DNA of 63,238 bases, the filler included, from Olpidium bornovanus S191 (Eukaryota > Fungi > Olpidiomycota), in the NCBI GenBank assembly GCA_017911155.1. It is 31 parts of 31 records of this genome, joined end to end, with 100 filler letters (N's around TTAATTAATTAA, not from the genome) between each part and the next. Parts side by side here need not be neighbours in the genome. Positions count along the whole stretch, not along the records: positions 1 to 1,553 come from JAEFCI010000973.1; positions 1,654 to 3,524 come from JAEFCI010009005.1; positions 3,625 to 7,879 come from JAEFCI010000567.1; positions 7,980 to 9,039 come from JAEFCI010008499.1; positions 9,140 to 10,159 come from JAEFCI010002563.1; positions 10,260 to 11,681 come from JAEFCI010009043.1; 25 more parts are not named here. The stretch is one strand, 5' to 3'. Positions 1-10,628 of this stretch are shown here, piece after piece. Position numbers and translations under genes: made by a program. Numbering within the stretch: position 1 is the stretch's first letter; each line of letters opens with the position of its first letter. Under the pieces are notes generated by a model, which did no database searches, was not told the DNA's origin, and saw only the letters and a program-made list of their open reading frames with translations.

Positions 1-564
1 CCCCCCCCCCCCCCCCCCCCCCACCCCCCCCCCCCGGCCCCCCCCCCCCGCTCCCCTCCCTCCGCCCGCAACGCACTTTCCAGCTGGCCTGGCACCCTCG
101 CCGCTCCGTTTAATATGTGTTCTTGCGTTTAGAGGGCTACGGTATCCGGGAGCCGTTTACAGTCGTCCCGCGACGGCCGGCGTGGCGACGATTGTTGAAA
201 GGAGCCGAAAGACAACGCAGCGGGAAGCTGCGGGAAGGGCGGCATCGAAAACCCTACCCCTTTCCCTCCGCCAGGCGTACGTTTAAGTGCAGGAGCGGGG
301 CCTCTCGCAAGACTTTGTGGCCCGGCAGCGGAGGCTCGAGGAGGTCCCCCCACTCTTTCAGCGATGCTTTTCCTTTCCGAGCGCGGGATTCGTCCGCGCG
401 CCCGTTTTTCCGCCTGGTCCCCTTCCGCTCCCTCGGTCCTCTCTCCCCGCGGCGGTTCCGTTATTTTTTTCGCCTTCTGGTTTTTTTTTTGTTTGTTCTT
501 TTTTTTTTTTTTTTTTTTTGTTTTTTTTTTGTTTGTTTTTTTTTTTTTTTTTTTTTTTCGTTGT

Positions 565-927
565 TCACGCGCCGCGCCTGCCCGCCGACTCCTTCTCGAC
601 GACGAGCTCGCGAGCGCCGCCGGCGTACATGCGGCTGATCTGCGCCTGGCGCCTCAGGACCTCCAGCTCGCGCTCCGCGGTCTCCACGAAGGCGCGCCGC
701 GCGTCGTCCGACGGGAGAGGCCCGGTCTTGGCCCCGGCGGCGGGGGGAGCGAAGCCGTTCTCGGAGTCGGCGACGACGCCGAGCTTTTCCTGGAACTTGT
801 CCCTGGTCCGGCGGGCGAAGTAGGCGCGGAAGTTGTACGAGGCGAACCCGTCGGCCTCCCGCAGCAGCTGGCGGTACACGTGGAGCGCCCGCTCCCGACA
901 ACACTTTTGCGAAGCCGCCGAGGCCAT
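565..927 (-). CDS. ISD11: LYR-motif protein ISD11/LYRM4 (Fe-S cluster biogenesis), single exon, 120 aa
   Basis: MASAASQKCCRERALHVYRQLLREADGFASYNFRAYFARRTRDKF...ELEVLRRQAQISRMY matches the ISD11 pattern (LYRxLLR...F..YNFR.Y..RR.RD.F; L.V.RRQ..IS.MY). ATG at 927, TGA at 567-565. Confidence 0.9.
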   Translation of the reverse strand: MASAASQKCCRERALHVYRQLLREADGFASYNFRAYFARRTRDKFQEKLGVVADSENGFAPPAAGAKTGPLPSDDARRAFVETAERELEVLRRQAQISRMYAGGARELVVEKESAGRRGA

Positions 928-1132
928 CCTCTTTTTTTTTTTTTTTTTTTTGTCGTTTCTCCCTGTGGGGTCTCTGTTTACGGATGGAAGGCGAGGCGGA
1001 TTTTCTTTTCTGTCCTCCGTTCCGGGTTTCCTCCCTTCCTCCCCCCTTGCCGTCCCGAAGAAACGTGCTCCGGTTCCGCCCGGCTCCAGGGTGAATACGC
1101 CGGCCCCGCGGAAGGAAACGCCGCGACGCTTT

Positions 1133-1205
1133 GGTCCATTAGTGTAGTTGGTCATCACAGCGGATTCTGATTCCGTTAACCTCAGTTCGAATCTGGGATG
1201 GACCG
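1133..1205 (+). tRNA. tRNA-Gln(CUG): tRNA-Gln, anticodon CUG, intronless
   Basis: Full cloverleaf: acceptor stem GGTCCAT/ATGGACC, D arm GTG-TAGTTGGTCAT-CAC, anticodon stem GCGGA/TCCGT with loop TT-CTG-AT (CTG at 1167-1169), T arm CTCAG-TTCGAAT-CTGGG. An oligo-T Pol III terminator starts about 9 nt downstream. Confidence 0.95.
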
Positions 1206-1419
1206 GATGTCACTTTTTTTTTTTTGCTGCTTGCCTGCTTGCTCCGGCGCGGGGCAAGGTTTCCCGCGCTTTTTTGTTTGTTCACCTTTCCGGCCTGGCG
1301 TGCTGCGGCGCCGGGGCCCGCCCTGCGTCTCGTGCTCTGTTGCGAAAGCGAGATCCGCTCTCTCGGCGCCCTGCCCGCGGCCTTCGCCATTCTTGCACCC
1401 GGAAAACGGGGAGCTTTTC

Positions 1420-1455
<36 letters not shown>

Positions 1456-1502
1456 CCCCCGTTCCCGCCGGCCCGCGGCCCCTCCCCCCCCCCCCCCCCG
1501 CG

Positions 1503-1534
<32 letters not shown>

Positions 1535-1553
1535 ACCCCCCCCCCCCCCACCC

Positions 1554-1653
1554 NNNNNNNNNNNNNNNNNNNNNNNNNNNNNNNNNNNNNNNNNNNNTTA
1601 ATTAATTAANNNNNNNNNNNNNNNNNNNNNNNNNNNNNNNNNNNNNNNNNNNN
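1554..1653. other. Artificial contig-joining spacer N44-TTAATTAATTAA-N44 (first of 30)
   Basis: Identical 100-bp spacer whose palindromic core has stops in all six frames. Copies start at 1554, 3525, 7880, 9040, 10160, 11682, 15310, 16834, 18645, 19914, 21650, 22953, 24864, 27267, 32036, 33354, 35694, 39925, 42360, 46023, 47151, 48252, 50036, 51147, 52909, 55127, 57320, 59292, 60800 and 61978. It produces the 'XXXX(LI)N' ends in the ORF track. Confidence 0.99.
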
Positions 1654-2518
1654 GGGACGGAGGGAGGAGGGGAACACGAGCGGTGGGAATTCAATTCGAG
1701 CGCGCTTCAAGCGGCATCTGGTCGTCAAATTCGGGCTTGGTAACGAATCCGGGTTCTGCGAAGGAGGGGGGGGAAGGAAGAAGAGGGGGGGAAGGAGAAC
1801 CGCCGGTGATGCTCTCACTCCCCGGCAAAAAAAAAAAACCGGGAACAGCGCGCAAAAACAGGGCGCGGCGTGTGGCGGTACCCTTTAAGCAACGCGGCCT
1901 TTCCCGGCAGCCTGACTTCTGCGGCGCCGCCCGCCGGAGGTGTCGCAATCGCCGCGCAAACCAGACTCCGGAGGCGAAATTCTGCTTGCCATCTCCGCGT
2001 ACGGCCGCTTTCGAGAACGGGTGGCGAAGAGCCTTTGCGTCGCGCCCAACCACTTTCGCTGCGGGAATCCTCGTCGGGCAAGCCGTTGAAGTTTCGAGGC
2101 GAGCGCTGCGCCGTCCGCTCAAAACGGAAGGGGGACTCGCCTGTCGGCCCAGGTCACGTAGCGTCCCCACACTTGCCCAAAAAAAAGAGAGATAGAGAGA
2201 GAGATGGTGGGCCAAGGAAAGCGATCAAAAAGTTTACTCCTACTGGTTGAGAGTAGGACAACGCTTCAACGTCGACAACCCCAGCCCCTCCCCCCTCAGC
2301 TCCTCACCACCACACCCTCCGGGAGAACGAACAAGGGAAAAGGTGCCCCCTCCCAACGTAACGGGCATCGACCCCGACGCAAAGCAGGAAAAAAAAAGCG
2401 AAAACCAGGAAGAATGAAGGGCGAGAAAGGAGAATGTAGCGAGAAAACCGTGGGCGCCAGAAAAAAAAACAAAAAGGGGGAGGGGGGAACGCAAAAGGGG
2501 CCCAAGATAAAAACTTAC

Positions 2519-2933
2519 GCATGAACCCAAATCTTCGGCCCAACCACCTCCCGAGGAACGGTATGATCATCTGGGTGAAGAGCAGGCGGATTTGCTCCTT
2601 GTTCTCCTCCCACTCCCGTTCGAAATCGGCGTCGTCGTCGTCGGAATACCACTCTTCGTCGGCGGAGGAGTCGGGCTCGGACTCGTCGATCCCCAGGACG
2701 CCGTAGTTCGCCGCGCGCTCTCCGACGGAGCCAGAACCGCCGCTGGACGAGCCGTCGACGTCGGAAGCGGAGTCGGAGGCGGAGGAGGCAGAGGCGGAGG
2801 AGGCAGAGGCGAAGGAGGCGGAGGTGAAGGCGGAGGAAGCGGAGGCGGAGGCAGAGGCGGGCGCGGGCGCGAAGGCGGAAGCGGCTCTCCCGCGGACGCT
2901 GCCGCGCGCATCGGCCAGTGCCGCGGTGTCCAT
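2519..2933 (-). CDS. MIM2: Mitochondrial import protein Mim2 (first exon; 3' exon not resolved)
   Basis: Acidic Ser-rich N-terminus followed by DFEREWEENKEQIRLLFTQMIIPFLGRWLGRRFGF, matching Mim2 (Q.W.ES..Q...L...V.LP.LGK..GR). GTAAGT donor at 2518. Confidence 0.8.
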
Positions 2934-3041
2934 TACCGGCGCGCGCCGCCGGTGGCGGGGAAAGGGGCGAGGTTCTCCCCAGGCCGCCGCGCGCTCCCCG
3001 GTCCCCTGTTTTTGGCTTTTTGTGATGTTACGGTTTGGATG

Positions 3042-3051
3042 GTCACGTGAC
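3042..3051. promoter_or_regulatory. GTCACGTGAC palindromic E-box (bHLH site) in the MIM2 / carrier-like divergent promoter
   Basis: Perfect 10-bp palindrome between divergent start codons at 2933 and 3310. The same motif recurs at 10266 and 14261. Confidence 0.5.
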
Positions 3052-3309
3052 AAACCACCTACCGTCCGGAAGACCGGTCGGGCCGTTTTCGCACACGCTT
3101 TTCGCCCGGAAGGCAGTGGCGGGAAGCTTCACGGGGAGCGGACGATCCTGGAGCGCCAGGGGCGGGCTTCCTTAATCTTTTCAGCGAATCGACGCTCGGA
3201 CGCTCCGGAGCGCAGGTCCGCGGCCGGCCCAGAGATTCAAAGCGGGACGGCGCCCGGCGGAACAAGAATTACCACCCCCACCCCCCCGCGCGTCTTCGTG
3301 CGCCGGAAA

Positions 3310-3498
3310 ATGACGGCAGTCACCACCGCCCGCTCGCACGTCGAGGGCGCCGAGCATCCCGCCGGCAGCAGCAATAGCAGGGAAAAGGTCAACGTCGGGT
3401 TTACAACCGCGGCAGCAAAGTCGGTGCTGCCGGCGCTCAAGTACTGGTACAAGTCTCCGCTGAAGCTTTTCCGCCCGGTGAGAGTCGACTACCTGGCT
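3310..3498 (+). CDS. First exon of a fungal mitochondrial-carrier-like protein (partial)
   Basis: MTAVTT...KSVLPALKYWYKSPLKLFRPVRVDYLA resembles the 'Y.R.P.KLFRP.R.DY' N-terminal motif I recall from an uncharacterised fungal SLC25-like family. It is followed by a GTAGGT donor and the contig end. Confidence 0.45.
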
Positions 3499-4713
3499 GT
3501 AGGTAAACTTCACCTGTCCCCCTANNNNNNNNNNNNNNNNNNNNNNNNNNNNNNNNNNNNNNNNNNNNTTAATTAATTAANNNNNNNNNNNNNNNNNNNN
3601 NNNNNNNNNNNNNNNNNNNNNNNNCATGCGGTCTGCACTGCGCAAAAAAACGGCGGCTGAAGTTCCTAACTATCTAGTTGCTCACCCAGCGGTAGACTAG
3701 AAAAGGCTTCACGAGCGGATCCTTTTTCGAAGATTCCATAGGGCCAGCAGACGCCATCGTACGAGCCGGAATGCCGGATGCCTGACAGCGCCATACGGGG
3801 CGATTGATAAATAATCGCACAAGCGATGGTCAAAAGTCCGAACAGTGATAACCGTCACAAACCCTAAAACAGGAAGCAGACTACGAGATTGGACGCCACC
3901 GGGGTCCATGCAAAACAGTCGCACCCGTTAGAGAAGGAGGAGGACGTGGGGAGGGGGGGCCGCCGGACCCACCCCTGCCAACGAGATCGGGATCGGAAAC
4001 GCGCCGTGGCATACACCATAAAAATCAAATAACGCCGCGTCTCCGGACCTGCGCGCCACCCCGCAGAGGGGAACGAGGCGCACCCTTCAACCTTTGCCAC
4101 GCGTCCCCTCCTCGGTTTCCCGGAAGGGAGCCGCGCAGCAGCCTGTGCGGGGCTGGAGGGTGGGTGGGTGGTGGGTGGGTGGTGGGGTGCGGTAGGCACT
4201 CACCGCGAGGCGCAGACGCATCACGGACGGAGGAAACGCCCACGCGCGTGTCGGGGGCGACGACAACCGCAGGGCGCGGGCTGTTTTTGCCGTTGTTGTT
4301 GTTGCTGCGATCGAGGCCATTTGCTCTCGCGTTTACGTTTGAGACAGGCGTGGGTCGCGGAGAAGGCGCGAGGGGGGGAAAAGGGGAGGGCGTGTGAGAA
4401 GGGGCGCCCGGGAGTGAGAGTTAAGGGGGCGGGAGATGAACGCCGCTGGTTGGTGGAGAGAGGAGGGCGGGGGGAAGGGGTGTTCGGGCCGCAGCAGCAA
4501 CCAAAGCCGCGGGAGAAGGAGAGCCGGAGAATTTTCCAGCGTTGGGACTGGCGGAGGAACCCGTTGTCCCGCTAACTGCCTACCTCTTCAGACTTTTCAG
4601 AGCGGGAGCTTAAGCGGGATCAAAAGGGGGTTTACAGGGCGGGAAAGCCTGCGACCCAGCAGATTTGAACATTGCATTAGAGAAATTCGGCGAATTCTTG
4701 ACACCTCTGTTTC

Positions 4714-4714
<1 letters not shown>

Positions 4715-4740
<26 letters not shown>
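4715..4740 (+). repeat. (CT)13 microsatellite
   Basis: Directly visible. It is followed by a short (AT)n-like tract. Confidence 0.9.
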
Positions 4741-4746
<6 letters not shown>

Positions 4747-5590
4747 ATAAATATATATACATATATTCTTCTCTGTCTCTCCATCTCTCCCCCCGACTAT
4801 TTTTGTCATTCTGGACGGAAAAATCACTGTGCCACTCCAGCGACAATTTCGGCCTATTTTCCTCTCCTACGAAAAGAAACTTCGTTTCCCGAGTTGTGTG
4901 GAGGTCAGAGGGCACCCGCAGGCGCCAGGCGGATGCTTCCCACTTCCCACCCAGACATCTAACGCAATATGTATGGGAAAGACAATGACGCAAAACGTAG
5001 ATTGATATTCAGCCCTGTAAGGTTCTAACAAAACGGTACGGGAATAACGGCGTGATACTGAGCTACGGAAAATTAGCCTTCTCTTATATGTGGCTGGAAC
5101 AGCGCCTCACAACGAGATGTGACCATGTGCATTTGGCGAATCAATTTCCCGGAAATGCTCCCACCATTGTAGAGGGCGGCGAATCCAGAGGGCGGCGAAT
5201 CCAGCAATTGATTTTCGAGTCTCCCTTGGCACCTTGCCCACATGTGCAGCACTGAGCGTCGAGGATGCAAATAACTCGAAATTACGTTCATTCCGACGGC
5301 TAGTCACGGCTTTCACCGAAAAAACGAATAATTTTTTTTTCTTGGCGTTGTCGGCTTTCCATATAGCGTTGCTTTTTGGTTGGGGGTCAGGATGATGGAT
5401 CGATGAGCAAAGAAAAAACCGTTTGGGCCATAAAGGTCCGGGCACAGATCGTATGTAGCTGTGACAAACATCTTGCAATTGCCATGAGTCAGGCAACCGT
5501 TCGCACTTGGTTGAACTGACGTCAACGCGGTACCCTACAGAACGTGTTTGGATTCCCGCGGAAATGAAGCCGAGTGCAGAAGACCATCCG

Positions 5591-6589
5591 TCAGCTGGAT
5601 TTGGACTTCCCCCCAGCCTTCCCTCGCACCGCGTGGCCCTCTCCCTTCGTTTGATGGTTTCGTCGTCGAACCACTTCAGCACGCTTGACTGAAGCAAGCT
5701 TTGACATGACCAGTGCGAGCAGGTACATCTTCGAGAAACGGATATAACAAAAGAACGAAAAAAGTTGCGGCAACGAGGGTAAGACGCGTTTTACACGCCC
5801 CAGCTGGACCCTGCCACTGCCGTAAAACACACGCAACACACCAAGCACACGGCAGCGTTGAACAGCGAGGGCCCCGCAAGGACTGCCGTCGCGAACGTGC
5901 CGCGCGAATCGAAGTAGTCCGCAGACGCGAATGACCGCCAGTGCGACGACGCGACCGAGTTGAGCGGCTCGGCGATGCCGGCGAGAAACACTTGCGAGTT
6001 TGGGCGTTTTTTTTTTCACTCGTAAGCAGAGGTTTTCCGTCCCAAAGTTTGCAGCCGACAGTGTGCGGGAAGACGGATTTCGCGCTTACGCAACACGCAT
6101 AGCATCGTCGTCAGCGAGGTTTGGTGTTTCCGAACCAAGAAGAGGGCAATAAAAGTCCCCAGGTGAAAGCCAATCAAAAGCTGGATCCAAGACTGCGTCC
6201 AGTCTATCTAGGACAAAAGCAGGCGGAAAACCTTTTCAGGATCACGTTTTCGTACAAAAAAAGGGGCTCTCTCTGGACGGGCTCAGACGAACAGGCCTTA
6301 CAGCTTGGTAAAAATCGTTTATGTCTGCCAGAAATTCCTCCCAAAACCCTTCGGTCCCCGCTTGTTGCCGTTGCTGGCGCAGGAACGCCCGGAGAAGGCG
6401 CTCCTCCATCTCGCGATCCCGGGAGGCGGCGTTTTCGTGTCCTGGGGCATGGTCGTGCGGCCTGCTGGTTTCCGCGGCCAAAGGTTCCGGCAGCAGTGCG
6501 AGGGCGGCCTCCGCTGCGAGCTTCTGCAGGCGTCCCAGACACGCCGACAGGAAGGACAGAGGCGTCCCTGGAGGCAACGGGTCGGCCAT
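5591..6589 (-). CDS. TMEM18: Transmembrane protein 18 homologue, 4 exons (6589-6302, 6207-6090, 5990-5842, 5728-5591), about 230 aa
   Basis: Spliced protein contains IDWTQSWIQLLIGFH...AEPLNSVASSHWRSFASADYFDSRGTF...GPSLFNA, versus TMEM18 DWTEPW...AEYINE.A..NWR.FS..QYFDSRG.F. Splice phases are consistent with GT-AG introns. Confidence 0.9.
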
Positions 6590-7979
6590 GGCGCGCTCTC
6601 TCGCGCTCTGCCTTTTCGGGCGAGGGGCGAACGGGCGGGTGGGGGTGGGGGAAAAACGGGGCCCGTGGCTCCACCTTTCTGTCCGCCCGTGCCCGTGCAG
6701 GGGACCGCAATATAAAACAGGCCTGAACGTCGCCAATAGCCCCGAAAACAAACCGAGGAAAGTTCTCCGTACGCCAGCGCAAAACCCCTTACCGGTCGGA
6801 CTCGGACGAAATACACAACAAAGAAACGTAAAGCCAGAAGGATACGTGACGTGCAATCGAAGGGAACGTTATACTACACTAATGACGCGCGTCTGCGCCG
6901 CCGTTCACGCCCCCGCTGCCAATATGTCACAGCGGGACAGAGTCAGCCTCGGCGAGGACGGGTTTGCTCGAAGGGCGAAACACTTACAAAAAAGGGCCCG
7001 GGCTTCCCTTACCTGCAGCTGCGGTGCCTCAGCTCTGAGCAGCGGAAGAGGTCGACGGAAAGTGGGATGGCGCGGTCACCATGTATGGCGCGCAACGTAG
7101 AATTCTCTCGCTAAGGTAAAAAAAAAGAACAAAAAAAATCGCCTGGAGCACAACACGCCGCCTGACAGTGTTCATGCGGCATAGATGACTCCTGACCGCT
7201 CCGCCGTGCCCGTTGTGGGCCCAAAAAAAAAAACGCACGCAGCGGCAGATCAGCCTGGGCAGCGGGGCAAACGTGAAATTTGCAGAAAAGACGAATTGCA
7301 TTGGAGTGATCAGAGAGCAGGTCGCCAAGAAAAACCATATAACAGTATTGCCCTCTTCCCCCACCACGGCGCAGACGCGGTGCAACGAGCGGCGCATTAT
7401 GTGCGTAAGCTGATAGCGAACAGTCGCGGGCAATTGGCAGAAACGAGTTGAGCCAGTTCAGCCGCTGTCGTCTAATTCCATACTGATCTGGCTGGTTGCG
7501 CCTACTTCCAAGGGAAGCCGAACGCTTCTGCGCACTGCGCCCGCTGCAAGTTGGTTGGCGGCAACGCCAAAGCTGCCGTACCAGGGGAACGGCGTCCCAG
7601 GTTAAGCCGTACGCCAGAATGCCCACGCAGACCGTCCCCGCAAGTGTACGAACAATCCATTGGAAATTCCGCCAGGATGCCCATTCACGTCAGGATGACC
7701 AAAATTCAGCGCGATCAAATTGGCGGATGAGCAGCGCTTTCATAATGCTCCGGGTTAGGCGGCATCCGGCTGAATTAGTCTGTGATCTATCTCAAATCAA
7801 TCTGAAGCAGCAGCACTCGACTTCTTCTGTCTCTTAGCCTGAGTTCCCTCACGGAAGCCGTTCTGTTCAAATAAAAAAANNNNNNNNNNNNNNNNNNNNN
7901 NNNNNNNNNNNNNNNNNNNNNNNTTAATTAATTAANNNNNNNNNNNNNNNNNNNNNNNNNNNNNNNNNNNNNNNNNNNN

Positions 7980-8019
<40 letters not shown>

Positions 8020-8176
8020 AAAAAAACAAAAGCGGGACCTTTTCTCGTTTTGACGTCAACCGGGAAAGTCGCGCGGGAGCCGGCGCGACGCGGAAAACTC
8101 TCGTTTCTAATTCCTTCCGGCGGCCCGGGGGGGTGGGGGGCGGGGGGCGTTGGATCGGTTTTGCTACGTGAACCAG

Positions 8177-9039
8177 TTTGCCGTGAAGTCTTTGAAGGGC
8201 TTTACTCTTGAGGACGTGAGAGAGTGCGTGGAGACCAATGATAAACAGCGTTTCCAGCTGCGGGAAGACGACGGCGTTCTGCTCATCAAAGCAAACCAGG
8301 GTCACTCTATCGCCGTGAGTGACAGCCGAACGCAGATTGCGACGACGTCGGTGTTTTGTGTCCTAGTGAGCGGCCCAGCTACTTCCGAGCGGGGCAACAA
8401 GTGCTCACGGCTTTGGCTGTCGGGGGCGAGAGGGTCCCAGGTAAACGAACTCGACCTTGCAAAGATAATCGACCCCGCAGAAATCCCTGTCGTTATCCAC
8501 GGGACGGATGCAAAACTTTGGGACAGCATAGGTTGGCGAGAACCCGGCGGAAAGCAATTACGATTCTCCATGTCTATCGAACGCAGCTTATGGCTCTCGG
8601 GCTTATCCCCTTTTTCTTTTTTGGCAACTTGAAAACTGCAGTGAAAAATGGACTCTCGAGAATGGGAAGGAATCACATACACTTTGCCGTGGGCAGGTTG
8701 GGAGAGAACGGCGTTACGAGCGGTGCGTGACGGTTTTTGCCAGATCTAAACACGATCATCGGATATTTGGTCGTGCCCGCCACCGCGACCACGGCACCCC
8801 GCCGCCCGTGCTAAAGAACGCTCGCTCGCGGCCGCAGGCATGCGAACGAACTGTACCCTCTTCATACAAATCGATGTGCCAAAAGCAATGAAAGGTGGGG
8901 GTGGTGGGGAGTCTCGATCATGGTTTACCAGGGATGCTTTGCCGCACCGCCTATCCTTTTGGAACTGCTCCTTTTAACTTTCCCTGCGCTCGCGGCAGAC
9001 GGAATTGAGTTCTTTCGGTCTGCCAACAACGTTGTCCTC
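8177..9039 (+). CDS. TPT1: tRNA 2'-phosphotransferase Tpt1/KptA (internal exons 8177-8314, 8441-8531, 8642-8722, 8838-8894, 8999-9039; partial)
   Basis: Motifs NDKQRF, IKANQGHS, VIHGT, GLSRMGRNHIHFA, IDVPKAM and GIEFFRSANNVVL are all characteristic of Tpt1. Confidence 0.95.
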
Positions 9040-10265
9040 NNNNNNNNNNNNNNNNNNNNNNNNNNNNNNNNNNNNNNNNNNNNTTAATTAATTAANNNNN
9101 NNNNNNNNNNNNNNNNNNNNNNNNNNNNNNNNNNNNNNNAAAAAAGGGAGGCGGGGGAAAAAAAAAAAAAAACCCCCCCCCCCCCCCGACGAGAGCGATT
9201 CGGAGCGGAAGAGAACGAAGAAACGAGCGAGCGAACGGAAAGGCGTAGACGTGGAATCGAAAGCTTTGGAATTGGTTTTTGGAGTGGAGATACTGGAACT
9301 CGATTTTTGTTTTTTTTGGGCACGTTCAGCTTCAGTACATAACCGATATTACCCGACACGGGGCGCGACCTGTGTCCAAGCCTGGCCCAATTTTCGTGCG
9401 TCGACACAACTAGGCTTCGATTGATGGCGTGCACATAACCCCCCTCTGTTTTCCCTGATCCTGCCACCAGCAGGAGAGACCGACCCAAAAGATTTTGAAA
9501 CTTGGCAGGTTCGTACAATCTGACAAGGGCTTTTAGTGTCCGAAAATGGTGCGCTCAAATCTGACCACCAGAAAAGCGAAAATACTGCTGTCATTATTTA
9601 GAGCACCCCAGCTCTGATCGGCTCTGCGTCTGAATCTGCGTCAAGCTGAGCGTCTGAGCTTGGAACGTTGAATGCTCATCTCACGACAGCGCTAGTAGAA
9701 GGTCCTCCGATGACAAATGGATGCCACGAAGGAAAAATGGAATTCGAACTAAATGAGTACAGGAAAAGTGAAAAGAAAAAATCCAGGATAAGTATCAGTG
9801 GTAACCCTGATGCTATCTGTGAGGGAGCGGAGCTCGCCGATGTGTAGCTAATCTGTGTCATCAACCCTGCATTGACTCAGCATCGGCCCGGCATCGATCC
9901 GGCATCAGTTACCGGCGACAACTCAACGCAGTAATCTAAAAAAAGCTTTCCTTCCCCCCCTCCTCCCTCGCCGCCGGGGCTGCGTTTGGGGCGGGGGCCA
10001 TATTTAATCTGCGTTATTTTTCCTGCACGCACGCACATCATGAATCAATCAATCGAAAGCACAAAAAAAAGTAAAAAAGAAAAAGTTGGGGAGCGGGGCC
10101 GCTGTCGGGTTTCGTCCGCGCGGTTTTCGGCGTTTCGCGGTGTGTTTGTCGTGGGCGTGNNNNNNNNNNNNNNNNNNNNNNNNNNNNNNNNNNNNNNNNN
10201 NNNTTAATTAATTAANNNNNNNNNNNNNNNNNNNNNNNNNNNNNNNNNNNNNNNNNNNNCATGAC

Positions 10266-10275
10266 GTCACGTGAC
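10266..10275. promoter_or_regulatory. GTCACGTGAC E-box overlapping a TGACGTCA (CRE-like) site upstream of the Ctr gene
   Basis: Sequence TGACGTCACGTGAC at 10262-10275, about 350 bp upstream of the ATG at 10629. Confidence 0.45.
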
Positions 10276-10509
10276 AAAACCCCTGTCTACAGAGAGGTTT
10301 TGGCGGTTCGCAGGGGAAGGCGTTGACGGTTCAGCCGTGACATCTTCCCACGAATCGCCGTCGCAGCGCGGGAGGAGAGGTGTCCGACGGCGCAGATTCC
10401 CGTTTTTTTTTTTTTTTTTTTTTTTTTTGCTAGGGGGGGTTTTTTTTTCCACCGTTAAGCCAGCGCTGGTACAAAGAAGACCACCGGTTGCGGGGAAATT
10501 TTTTTTCCG

Positions 10510-10541
<32 letters not shown>

Positions 10542-10585
10542 AAAGCGCCCCCCAACAGCGACCCCCCCCCCCCCCCCCCCTTTTC

Positions 10586-10624
<39 letters not shown>

Positions 10625-10628
10625 AGCA

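Noticed and set aside
1421-1553. Very long poly-C/poly-G and poly-A/T tracts (also near 10400-10620, 25700-25830, 37950-38115, 47080-47330) as G-quadruplex elements or functional repeats
   Set aside because: They cluster at contig ends and low-quality regions and look like homopolymer inflation or base-calling collapse. Their lengths cannot be trusted.
4087-4320. MASIAATTTTAKTARALRL... resembling a mitochondrial presequence followed by a GTGAGT donor
   Set aside because: I could not join it in frame to downstream exons giving a recognisable protein.
5171-5202. 16-bp tandem duplication GAGGGCGGCGAATCCA x2
   Set aside because: Ordinary slippage-type duplication with no associated feature.
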